From: Basidiobolus meristosporus CBS 931.73
Taxonomy: Eukaryota > Fungi > Basidiobolomycota
DNA length: 64,000 nucleotides
Reading direction: 5' to 3'
Assembly: GCA_002104905.1 (NCBI GenBank)
Contig: MCFE01000359.1
Coordinates: 1-64,000, forward strand
Position numbers and translations under genes: made by a program. Every line of letters starts with the position of its first letter. Position 1 is the first letter of the stretch. The notes beneath the pieces are model-generated. The model had not been told where the DNA came from. It did no database searches and saw nothing but the letters and a program-made list of their open reading frames with translations. Positions 22,847-32,882 of the stretch are shown piece by piece.

Positions 22847-25800
22847 ATGAACAACGAGAGCATCGCGAACCTACTGAACCGCGGGACCTTGCAGGAGGTC
22901 TCGGCACACCTGTCGAACGACACCTGGGAGCCCTGGAAGCTGAGTGTCACCGAGGTAGCTGACAAGCTGGCCGTCGACCCAAGCGTCGGTCTTGATCAGC
23001 GAGAAGCGCAACTCCGGTTGAAGCTGTTCGGCGAGAACCAACCACCCGACCGGAAACGACGTTTGAAATGGCACCAATTCGTGCTGCACGTGGTGACGGA
23101 TCCGGTGATCTTCCTACTGATAGCGGTCTGTGTATTATATCTGCTTTGGTACAATGGGATGGGGGCATTACCAGTGGTGCTGGTGGTTGTCCTCACGTTG
23201 GGAACGGAGGTAGGGGTCACTTTAGAGTTCAACCGTACCCCAGGTTGGGGGGATCGTGTCCGTCAGTTCTAAACCACGTAACAGCTTAGTATCCAATGGA
23301 AAGGGAACCTCACCGTCGACACCTTCACGGCCGAGATTCCGGAGAATGTCCTGGTCGTCCGCGAAGGCCACGAGCGAATCGTTGTCTCCCGGAAACTCGT
23401 CCCCGGGGATATTGTGATTGTGTCGCACGGGCAAAGAGTACCTGCCGATGGGATACTCATCAACTCGCAACACCTGAGACTAGACGAGAGTATATTCACC
23501 GGGGGGTATCACGAGGTACAGAAGTACACTTCTAACGAGCCATATGAAGCCAATGGTAAGCAAACGAAAATCCCCGTTGTTATGTGACTGCTAGCGACCG
23601 CCCATTAATTTTGCCTCTGGAAAGGGAACCTCGTCTCCTCCGGCTATCTGTACTTCGGAAGCAGCGTCGTCCAAGGAAAAGGTCAGTCCAGTTGGTATGG
23701 AAATCCCCCGGGGCGTCATGTGATAACGTCGATAACAACTAGGGGTCCTGATAGTGACCGCCACTGGAAAACATACTCGCTTGGCCAATGTCAAGAGCTC
23801 CACGATCTACGAAGACAAAAAGACCCCGCTGCAAGCGCTGACAAGAAATGTCACCCTTTGTTTGGCTCTCTTGGCATTGCTCGTATCCAGCGTCTTGCCG
23901 GTGGTCGGTTTGCTGAACGGGATCGACTGGCACGATGCACTGCTGACCGGAATGGGAATGGCCTTCGTGTTGATCCCCAGCAAGCTCCCTTCATTGGTCA
24001 ACGCCATCCTGATCGTGTCGGCGCACCGGCTGTCGCAAAGACGGCTTCTTTTACGTAGATTGGATGCCACGGAGGCCTTGGGCTCCGTCTCGGCCATTGT
24101 GACGGACAAAACGGGAACTCTGACTTGCAATGAGCTGAAAGTGGCCTCGGCGATAGTCCTCACCCGACCGGACCGCCAATCCCCTGAGAGCTTTCAGATC
24201 AACTGTCGAAGAATCCCCGTCACCTCCAGCAAGGACATTGCCCAGTACCTACTGCCCCTTACCATCACATGGACCCTCTCGATGGACCAATTCGCGAGCG
24301 ACATGTTGTTCCAAATGGTCCAAGAAGGCCATGGAGCTGGACCTGCGCATTCCTCACCATTACCGTTGGCAAGGGGGATCGACAAGGATGTGTTTGACTC
24401 GGCGATCTTCGATTTCTTTAGCTCGGCCGAGATCCCGGTGGAGGTGCAGCGCTATCTGATCCAATCCGCGCTACTCGTCTTCTCCAAATTCCCGGTGCCC
24501 ATTTCTGAGGAGCCGTTTGACGTGGTCAACCGGGTATCCTTCAGGACTCGCGGGTCCACGCGCAACCGGACGAGCGGGAGCAGGATCACCGTGGTCAGGG
24601 GTGCTCCGGAATCCATCCTGGACCTTTGCAATCGCATCTGGGTGAGTGGGTATGAGCGGGAATGCTCGGAATTTGACGAGAACCATCCCCCTCAGATTGA
24701 CCCCGACATGCTGAACGATGTGGAGGTCCTGACGGGGTATATCACTTCAAAGCTGACGGAGTCTATCAACGACGTCGCTCGAAAAGGCAGCCGGATTTTC
24801 GGCTACGCTTACTCGACCTCGGCTCACACCGAAGGCGAGGAGCTTCCTCGAGACTTCATCTTCGTCGGAGCCTATGTTTTCACGGACCCCATCCGGAAGG
24901 AAGTCCCTCACGCAGTTTCAGAATGCCAGGGGGCCGGGATCAAAGTTGTCATGGCCACGGGTGATTACCCGGGGACTGCGTTGGCGATTGCATCCAAGGT
25001 TGGCATCAACCAGGTCGCTTCTACTGAGCAAGCACCGGTTCTCCTTGGAAGACACCTCGACGAGATGTCTAGCGGGGCGTTGCTTGGGGAAGCGATTGAA
25101 AGAACCGATGTCTTCGCCAGGGTCACTCCGGCCCATAAGCTTCGGATCGTCCAGGCTTTGCAATCGCAAGGCCACGTGGTCGCCTTCATCGGGGACGGGA
25201 TCAAGGACGCCACAGCGTTGTATGCGGCCGACGTGGGTATTACAATCGGAGGGGCGGCCGCCACGGCAGATATGGCTTCGGACCATGCCTCGTTGGTCGT
25301 TCTTGGAAACCACTTCGACGCAGTGGTTTACTGCCTCCGAGAAGGACGGCATATGTTCGACAACATGAACAAAGTGGTCACCTTCTATCTGGCGTGCAAG
25401 CTAGGCCTCGCATCCTTGTTCACGCTCGCCATCATATTGCGCGCCAGCTTCCCGTTGAACCTGGTGCAAATCATACTGCTCGAAATGTTCGTCAACCTGG
25501 GGTCTGCCATCACGTTCGTGGTGGAGAGGGCGGAAATCGACATCATGAGGATCCCGCCGACTCTGGTGAACCAGCGTGGGGTCCGGAAAGGCCACCTGGG
25601 CTCTGCCATTGGTCGCCAAATCGTCTTCTATGCCGCTCTACTGCTTTTGTCGACTGGCAGCTCCTACTTCTATGGGGCCATGTACAGCGCCCAAGAGGAG
25701 TCCGCAGCAACCATGCTCTTTGTGTCCTACCTTATCAATCACATCACCTTAGGCCTGGCCATCCGGTCCCGCAGGACACCCATCAGAAAGCAAGGTCTCT

Positions 25801-26057
25801 TTAGCAATGGAAACTTTCTGATGTGGTTCGCGCTGGTGGTGAGTTGTATACTGGCCTACATATTTCTTCCCACCCTCCGAGCCACCCTTGATCTCACCAC
25901 TCTGAACCAATGCGAATGGTTGATGATCCTGACAGGCGCCCTATGCTTACTGATCGTATCGGAAGTATGTAAAGAGCTGTGTTGGCACTACGCGAAGCGT
26001 GAGAAGGAACGGCGCGATGACCATCGAAGCTCCGAACGAGCACCGCTCCTGATTTAA
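22847..26057 (+). CDS. P-type ATPase (type II-like cation pump fold) with non-canonical motifs; 4 exons
   Basis: Predicted exons 22847-23209, 23285-23555, 23625-23681, 23743-26057 (GT-AG). Cation_ATPase_N-like GLDQREAQLRLKLFGEN, VPADG, DKTGTLT, RGAPE, DPIRKEV, MATGD, VFARVTPAHK and C-terminal TM helices. Confidence 0.9.
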
Positions 26058-26168
26058 TTCAATGGCACTTGTTCCTGGCAAAAGAATGTACAGATCCCAC
26101 ACTATCTACAAGTGTATCCAAATAGAACAAAACGTATCAATAAAATTCTGTGGGGATTAACATTGGAA

Positions 26169-27302
26169 CTACGCAGGACTAGATGCCCTACGGTATATAT
26201 AAAATTTATGAAGGACCGGGTGGTTCCGGCCAGAGTCCTGGTTGTCCTGGTCGACGGCATCGGGCTGGTTCCTCCAGTCGACGATCTCCATATGGATTAG
26301 TTCGAACTTCGCCTCCCGCATCTCCTCCTCGAACAGCTCGATTTCGGTCAGGTAGCGGTTTCGCAACGGAAGCACGAAATAGATCCGGGAGCTAGTGGCC
26401 CGGCTGAGGAACTGCTCCAGAACGATGGGGATTGCCCGCGCCTGCCAGGCATCATAGATAGCGTCAGTGGCGATGATGTTTTCGAATTGGTCTTGATACA
26501 ACTCCTCGCCACGGTCCGCACTGATGGGGATGTTTCGGTTGATGTTGTCTATGTTCTTGGCGCTGTCTTTGAAGTACTCCCACCAGTCAAGCTTCTGCAC
26601 CTGACATATCTCTTCGCATTCGTTGCGATTGACATTGATCCGGACGTTGTCGAGGACACTAGGATGGTAATCGGTAAGCATCACATGGGACGCACCCAGC
26701 TTGGCACACATCAATCCAGCCAATCCAGTGCCGCATCCCAACTCCAGTATTCTTTGTCCGGACAGATCCAACACGTAGCCAGCTTCCCCGACCACCACCT
26801 CACGCTCGTACCCCTTGGTGTGGCCGCATAACAACTTTCCCATCACAATGCTAGCAGACCAGGTTCGACAGCCCAGATCGGCCTCCGCAAAGGTAGGCTC
26901 CCGAATATCCAGCCGAACGCTCTCCATACCTTTACGTTGACACTCGAATATCCAGAGTTGAGAGACTGGTCCGGTAGCAGCTCTACCACAACGGTTTGCT
27001 ATCATGGAAGTCAACCGCTCCATAAGCGGATCCTCGTCGAACATGTCCTTTGACCGACGCTTCAACACCCTGATCACCCAGTCGTTGCACATATTTCTGA
27101 CCATGGTGGAGTTTGTGGAGGGGTCGGAGGTGGTGTCTTCGACCTTGGGGGGCTCTGGCCGGTCCCAGATCTTTATGTCGACGTTTTTCTCGCCGAAATG
27201 TTTGTCTATGGTGTCCAGTATCGAGGTCACCTCCGCCTCGTCCATAGGATCGCAGCGCTTCAGTCGTAGCAGCAACTCGAGATGCTCTTCGTTGGTCCCC
27301 AT
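26169..27302 (-). CDS. Protein-lysine methyltransferase, Methyltransf_16 (METTL21/EFM-like) family
   Basis: 377-aa ORF with DLGCRTWSASIV, ILELGCGTGLAGL, LTDYHPSVLDN and IIATDAIY motifs. Confidence 0.85.
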   Translation of the reverse strand: MGTNEEHLELLLRLKRCDPMDEAEVTSILDTIDKHFGEKNVDIKIWDRPEPPKVEDTTSDPSTNSTMVRNMCNDWVIRVLKRRSKDMFDEDPLMERLTSMIANRCGRAATGPVSQLWIFECQRKGMESVRLDIREPTFAEADLGCRTWSASIVMGKLLCGHTKGYEREVVVGEAGYVLDLSGQRILELGCGTGLAGLMCAKLGASHVMLTDYHPSVLDNVRINVNRNECEEICQVQKLDWWEYFKDSAKNIDNINRNIPISADRGEELYQDQFENIIATDAIYDAWQARAIPIVLEQFLSRATSSRIYFVLPLRNRYLTEIELFEEEMREAKFELIHMEIVDWRNQPDAVDQDNQDSGRNHPVLHKFYIYRRASSPA

Positions 27303-27559
27303 GATCGGAATATCTGCAGTGTGGTGCTAAAAAGAAGGAGCCCAGAACTGCACGAACTCAAGCGACAAGCCTCGAATCTGAAAAAAAATCAACGGATATT
27401 TATTCAAGTTCGATTTAAACTTCGCTAAACTACGGATAAGTCTGCCTCAAGAATCCAGATTGTTTGATGTACATCAACTGGCTAGCATCAGAACACCCCC
27501 GACACGCGAGGTGCGTGCCCAGTGGAGATACGACCTGCGCGCGGATTGCTTTCGGATGT

Positions 27560-28232
27560 TCATTGCAACTGAGGCTTTGGCACGCTATCAGTTACCCAAT
27601 TCATGTATTCTTTGCTTCCATCGTCGATCTTGCAACATAACAACCTCGATTTTAGCCGTCGGAAGGTTCGAGTAAAGTTTCAACGACATACCTTGATCGA
27701 AATAACCTCCGGAACGTCATACGGGTGGTTCTCGTTCACGTGTTGAATGACGTTCTCCACTTTGTCGGCGGCGGTTTTCATCATCAACAGGACCTCGGTG
27801 GACTCCTCGATCTCCCCGTCCCACCCTAGCGATAGAAAAAAACGTTTACTAACCGGACCTATGGCCAGGAGAAACCAAGACTAGAAGGCACGAACAATAC
27901 ATGGAGGTCACCTTGGGGATGACGTTGATGCATGCCACCAACTTCTCGGTAAGCAACCCCCGGGAAAGCTTCTTGGCTATTTCCTCGTTTGGGCAGGTGA
28001 CGAATATGGCCCGAATATCAGGCACGCATTTGGACATGTTGGTAAGGGTTCGATAGCAAAGGCGGGATAAAGGTCTTCCTCTCGGCCAAGCGGTTCGTCG
28101 GCAAGTGTGGTTAAAGACAGGAGTGTGGATTCCGGGCAGTGGCCGAAACGGGTTACAGACTGAGTTGTTCGAGAACCTTTTAATCAAACCCAAGTTCAAG
28201 GCGAGTGGCTTCAGAATGGTCACTTGCCTCAT
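27560..28232 (-). CDS. cutA: CutA divalent-cation tolerance family protein; 3 exons, long N-terminal extension
   Basis: IFVTCPNEEIAKKLSRGLLTEKLVACINVIPKVTSMY / WWDGEIEESTEVLLMMKT...HPYDVPEVISIK / IDDGSKEYMNWV, joined by GT-AG introns. Confidence 0.9.
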
Positions 28233-28700
28233 GGAAATATCATCAATGATTCTGAGAATGGAGTACTGATCGTTCAGGCGTTCAAGTGGACTTGGCTAAA
28301 ACCCGAAACCTGCATCATTCATGTTGGGGAGCTGATTAATCGTTAGTCGATCCGGCGGGTAGCAGGCGGGTAAGGTAAGGAACCAGGTAAAGGGAGGGAA
28401 AGGCGGTAGGAACGCCGAATGCAGTAAAAAAGTATAAAATGTAAGTATACAGTGTAAGTAAACATTGTTCGTGACTGCAGCCGTGGTTCGGTCGGGAGAA
28501 TGTATTCGAGAATGAGCAAATTAAGGTGATATTTGTGTAATTGCCTATTATGGTGCAGCCAAACCGAGAAATTGAGAAATTTCGAAACATCACTTTTGGT
28601 TATCTGAGGAAGCTGTATGGCGATGTATGGTGATGGTGATGGAAATCAACAATGGGAATTTACGGATATATCACTCATTTGCATACCGCGTGGAATACTA

Positions 28701-28755
28701 GATTTGTACGTATTCTTGAACCTGATTTGCACGTATTCTTGAACCTGATTTGTGC
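28701..28755. repeat. 23-bp tandem repeat, ~2.4 copies
   Basis: GATTTGTACGTATTCTTGAACCT, GATTTGCACGTATTCTTGAACCT, GATTTGTGC. Confidence 0.85.
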
Positions 28756-28845
28756 TCGCCATAGCCAGGCGATCAGAATCCGTATTTAAACAGGGCCAGC
28801 ACCCCGTCAGAGGCCAGCACTCCAGCCAATTCAATATCCTCCTTA

Positions 28846-29973
28846 ATGGTTCTTGTAAGATTACAATCCACCGACCCAAGTAAGGGAGTCCCCATCCCCT
28901 TCCATAAGGTGGACCTGATGGATGTTAGCCACGTCGAGCCATTCTCGGATTTCTCATCCAGCTCAAGTAGCTCCACCGAAACCTTATCAGGCTCGCCAAT
29001 CCCACCTCGCTTCGTCTTCAAAGCCCCCAAACCATCACCACAGAAAAAGAGCCGCCCCGCAAAAAAAGAGGCCTGCCACCGGGGTACCCTCTGCGAGATT
29101 CCCCTTCTTGCGGCCCTCAAGAAACGTAAGAGCAACCTGTCCTTCAAGGAGCTCTACGGAAACATCACCAACGCATTCTGTATGGGTTCTGGCGGGGAAG
29201 TCTACATGGCAACCTCCCCCAAGACGGGCAAGAAGTATGCCATCAAGTCGTTCCGCCCGCGTTTTTCGTACGAAACCCCCGCCGAGTACTGCATGAACAT
29301 CAGCAACGAGATCTACATCGCCGCCTCCCTAGATCACGAAAACATCGTCCGCACTGTTGATGTGTTGGAGGAAAATGGCAAGATCTACGAGGTCATGGAG
29401 TATTGCCCGCGCGATCTGTTCTCGGTGTTTGAGACCTCAAACCCCACCGAGAGCGAAGTCAACAAATACTTCGTCGAGCTGGTCCATGGCATTGCTCATC
29501 TCCATAGCCGTGGCATCGCCCATCGCGACCTCAAGCTGGAGAATGTGTGCATTGGCGAAGACGGCCACCTGAAGATCATCGATTTCGGGTTTGCCACCAA
29601 CTTCTACAGCCCTTACCACCTCGAGTATATCCCGGCCAGCGGGGTGATCGGTTCAAGCACGTTTATCGCGCCTGAGGTGTGGACAGCAGAGAGCTACGAC
29701 CCATCGAAGGACGACATATGGGCCTTGGGCGTTCTCTATATCTGCATGCTAACGCGACTCTTCCCATGGGAGAAGGCCACCGCGGACGACAAAAATTTCG
29801 CCCTCTTCATGAACTCCTGGGACTCAGTCCCCCTACTCAAGAAATGCCCAGCCGAGGCGCTCCCCCTGCTTAAGCGAATGCTCGCGATCGACCCCAGCCA
29901 GCGTGCTAGTATCAAAGACGTCATGCAAGATCCTTGGTTTCAATCGCTTGAGGCCCAAGTCAAGGGCAACTGA
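28846..29973 (+). CDS. Ser/Thr protein kinase, HAL4/SAT4/HRK1/NPR1-like
   Basis: Intronless 375-aa ORF with GSGGEV, YAIK, HRDLKLEN, LKIIDFG, GSSTFIAPE and DIWALG. Confidence 0.9.
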   Translation: MVLVRLQSTDPSKGVPIPFHKVDLMDVSHVEPFSDFSSSSSSSTETLSGSPIPPRFVFKAPKPSPQKKSRPAKKEACHRGTLCEIPLLAALKKRKSNLSFKELYGNITNAFCMGSGGEVYMATSPKTGKKYAIKSFRPRFSYETPAEYCMNISNEIYIAASLDHENIVRTVDVLEENGKIYEVMEYCPRDLFSVFETSNPTESEVNKYFVELVHGIAHLHSRGIAHRDLKLENVCIGEDGHLKIIDFGFATNFYSPYHLEYIPASGVIGSSTFIAPEVWTAESYDPSKDDIWALGVLYICMLTRLFPWEKATADDKNFALFMNSWDSVPLLKKCPAEALPLLKRMLAIDPSQRASIKDVMQDPWFQSLEAQVKGN

Positions 29974-31215
29974 GATTCAGCGCCCCACTTAACGAATTGT
30001 ACATTACCTAGATCTAATTTTAATGGCAGTAACTGTAATTACGCAACCTTCATAATGGCACTACTAGCATGTTGATAAAATCCCTGAACCACAACCCAAA
30101 CCGCACCATGTAATTCTAGCCTTATCGTCCAAGTAAATCCACCCTGTTATCGATTCTCGCAATCGGGGCTTTCAGGAAAGAAAAATTCCAAGATTACCCA
30201 AAAAGGGAATGGAGAAATCCCGTTTTTGCCTCCTGCCCACGTCTGATTTGGAAAGTAGAACTCCCATAACGACACCTATGGAAGTTGAGAGTTCGTTCGG
30301 GAAGGCGAGTTGACTTGATGAAAACATGAGGCTTGCCTTATTCACCACTCAAGGATACTTGCTCCGACACAACTTGCCGACCCACATGATTGTCAAGCCT
30401 TGATGTAGTAATGTAATATAGGCCTCTTTTGGCGAGCAATGTAGAATAAAGCCATGTAGAATAAATCCCATTTGATGAGCCATATGGAATCAATCCTTTT
30501 GAAGCGCAGCCTGAAAATTTAACCTACCCTTGCGGTGGATGCAGTGTGTTTCTATTCCAAGATTAATTCAAGGTTCTAGCACCTAACAGTTGGGTTGAAA
30601 AGCGTTTTCATTAGCCAAATAAAAATAGGCTTATTTGTAGACATTGCTAAAAATCGCTCATATCTAAGCCTGATTTGGAAGCTAGGGTCATGCTAAAATA
30701 TATCCCGAAATATTGATTATCAATCCACTGCTGGGTATTCTACCAGCGGATCCTGGAAGATACCGGATCACCGGGTACCATCATTGTTCGACGACGGATA
30801 TCGGGAATATTTGACCGCATGCGCATTTTCCAAGTTGAGTCCTGGATGCTTAGGCATCGCGGTGAGGTAATGAAGAGCAGCAATGGTAGCAGTGTGAGTG
30901 GAAGTAGCAGTGGGGATCTCCTCTGGTAAATGGTGCAGTGTTGGTGAACATTTTTATTTACTTGGGCTACAGCTTCCTCGCCAGTAGGGGCGTAATCGTC
31001 ATTACATTACAAAGAGTATCGCCTTGAGAATAGATGAATAGCGCTATTGAAAACCTAATAAATAACCCCACTGGTTCTTGATTCAGTACGGTCAAAACGA
31101 GCGGTAGCGACCGGCATATGGTCAACCTAAGTGGAGCACAAACTACACAACAGCAACGCCTTCCTCTCAATCATGGCTAAATTCGCGGCACACTGATCAG
31201 CAGCATGGCTGGCCT

Positions 31216-32425
31216 TCAATGTAGAGTGAATTCGGGGTTTGGATCGTCGTTGGATAACTCCAGCATGCTCTCTTCATTGGCCATCTCGGAGACGAGCAGA
31301 GACCGATGTCCCGTTAGCCACTGCAGGTGAGCATCCCGAAGTTGGTGGAACTCCGCTTGCATCGACGCCAGCACGTTTCTTTCATCCTCCACCAGCAGCT
31401 TCTCCGTCAGGACTTTGTGAGCCTTGGAGCATCTTTGCTAGGATTCCCACGCGGTAAGCAAGTGGCCACGTAGACGCATGAATGAACGAAATGCAGTACC
31501 TTGGAATCGTTTTCGATGAAGTCGTTCAATCGTTTGTAGAGGCGGTTTTTCTTGGATACTAGCTGAATGGCAATGGCGCCTGCTATGAAATTAAACATCA
31601 GGAACTTCCCCGTGGTAAGGTGCTTGACGCGCTCATCGTAAGTGCGGATGGAGATACGGGAAAGCAATACACACCTTCGGTTTTGCTGATCTTGTCGTTA
31701 TTCGAAAGATCCGAATCAGGATACTGATATATATGGTAGGGCAATAACCGATTCACCGCATCATCTAGGGAGTTGAAGGGGGTGGTGTAGTCCGGCTGGT
31801 TAGTAGCGTGCTGGTCGGACGTAATCACCTCGTGAAATCTAAACGCGTGTCAGTTGGGCGAGAAAGAGAGAGAAACATGCCCTTCGAACCTTGCTCTAAC
31901 GAATTCGTGGTGTGAAAGTTGCTCCGGTAGCTTTTCAGCGGTCAGCTGTCTATTCGATGCGCTTGGCGAAGAGAGCTGCGGCTTGGCTTGCGGGATTTGC
32001 GCGCTAAATAACCCGTGTTGTGGTTGCTGCTGCTGCTGCTGCTGCTGTTGCTGAAGTTGCTGCTGCTGTTGCAAGATCCGTTTTTTGGAGTATTTCCCGG
32101 TTTTGTTGTATTTACGAGTGGTTTTGACGGAGCCATTGGGGGTGCCGGTCGGTGTTTGAGGCAAAGATTGTGGAGTAGAGCCGGTGGTGGTGGGTAGCTT
32201 TGCTGAGCGTGAGGATTGGGTTGCTGAGGGTAGAATCGGCACTTTGACTGGCGTGATGGATTGGATTTCCGAGTGGGTGTATTGAGATTTGCTGGGAGTG
32301 CTCTGAGACTGGCTGATTGCGCTTCCAAGTGAGGAGTGGAAATCCAACTGCGATAGGATGGGGTGAGTTAAACTGGAAGCTTGTAGATCGTGTAGCTCGT
32401 TTTGCGTTAACTCCAGGTTGTCCAT
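31216..32425 (-). CDS. GLTSCR1/BICRA-domain protein with a polyQ tract; multi-exon, 5' end uncertain
   Basis: PDYTTPFNSLDDAVNRLLPYHIYQYPD matches the GLTSCR1 motif. Q-rich low-complexity N-terminal part and coiled-coil-like C-terminal exon. Confidence 0.7.
32023..32072 (-). repeat. CAG/CAA trinucleotide repeat encoding polyglutamine
   Basis: Run of (TGC)n/(TGT) on the plus strand; QQQQQLQQQQQQQQQQ in ORF 31850-32425. Confidence 0.9.
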
Positions 32426-32882
32426 TTTAGCCTTATCCGAATCGTCAAGAGTGAGCTCTCTAATCTGGTGATGAGAATTACCCTGAAATCGCCAGTATTT
32501 TTTCAGCCTCAGGAATCCACGTGTTTCTGGAGAAATGAAGGGTTGGTGGGCTAATCATGTTGGTTGCAGTTGAGGTGTTTGATGTTTTTGATTTCCAAAA
32601 ATATGAATGTATCCAGTTGTAGAGAATAGATTGTATTGGCGCTTATTGGCGCTTATTGTTAGTATAAAGTTGATTATTCGTTGTGTGCGTATTTACCAAC
32701 AAAATCTCCACTCCGGTTTGTGACTGACACTGGCTAACCTTGATTTTCTTATTCAACCCAGAAGAGAATAACATCCCAAGCTTCTACCAAGCGGTATTGT
32801 CTTTTGGTAATCTTCCTTTTATACCTTCTTCCCTCAAGCCCCAGTAACTATCAAGAGGATAGTTTCTTTTGCAAAGGTTAAC

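Noticed and set aside
24874-25804. Several overlapping ORFs in other frames or strand of the ATPase
   Set aside because: Expected by-product of GC-rich coding sequence; no independent signals.
29974-31200. tRNA/snRNA/snoRNA in the long intergenic gaps (also 39722-40937 and 60620-61490)
   Set aside because: No T-loop/B-box, Sm-site or C/D box structure that I could support by eye; an Infernal/tRNAscan run would be needed.
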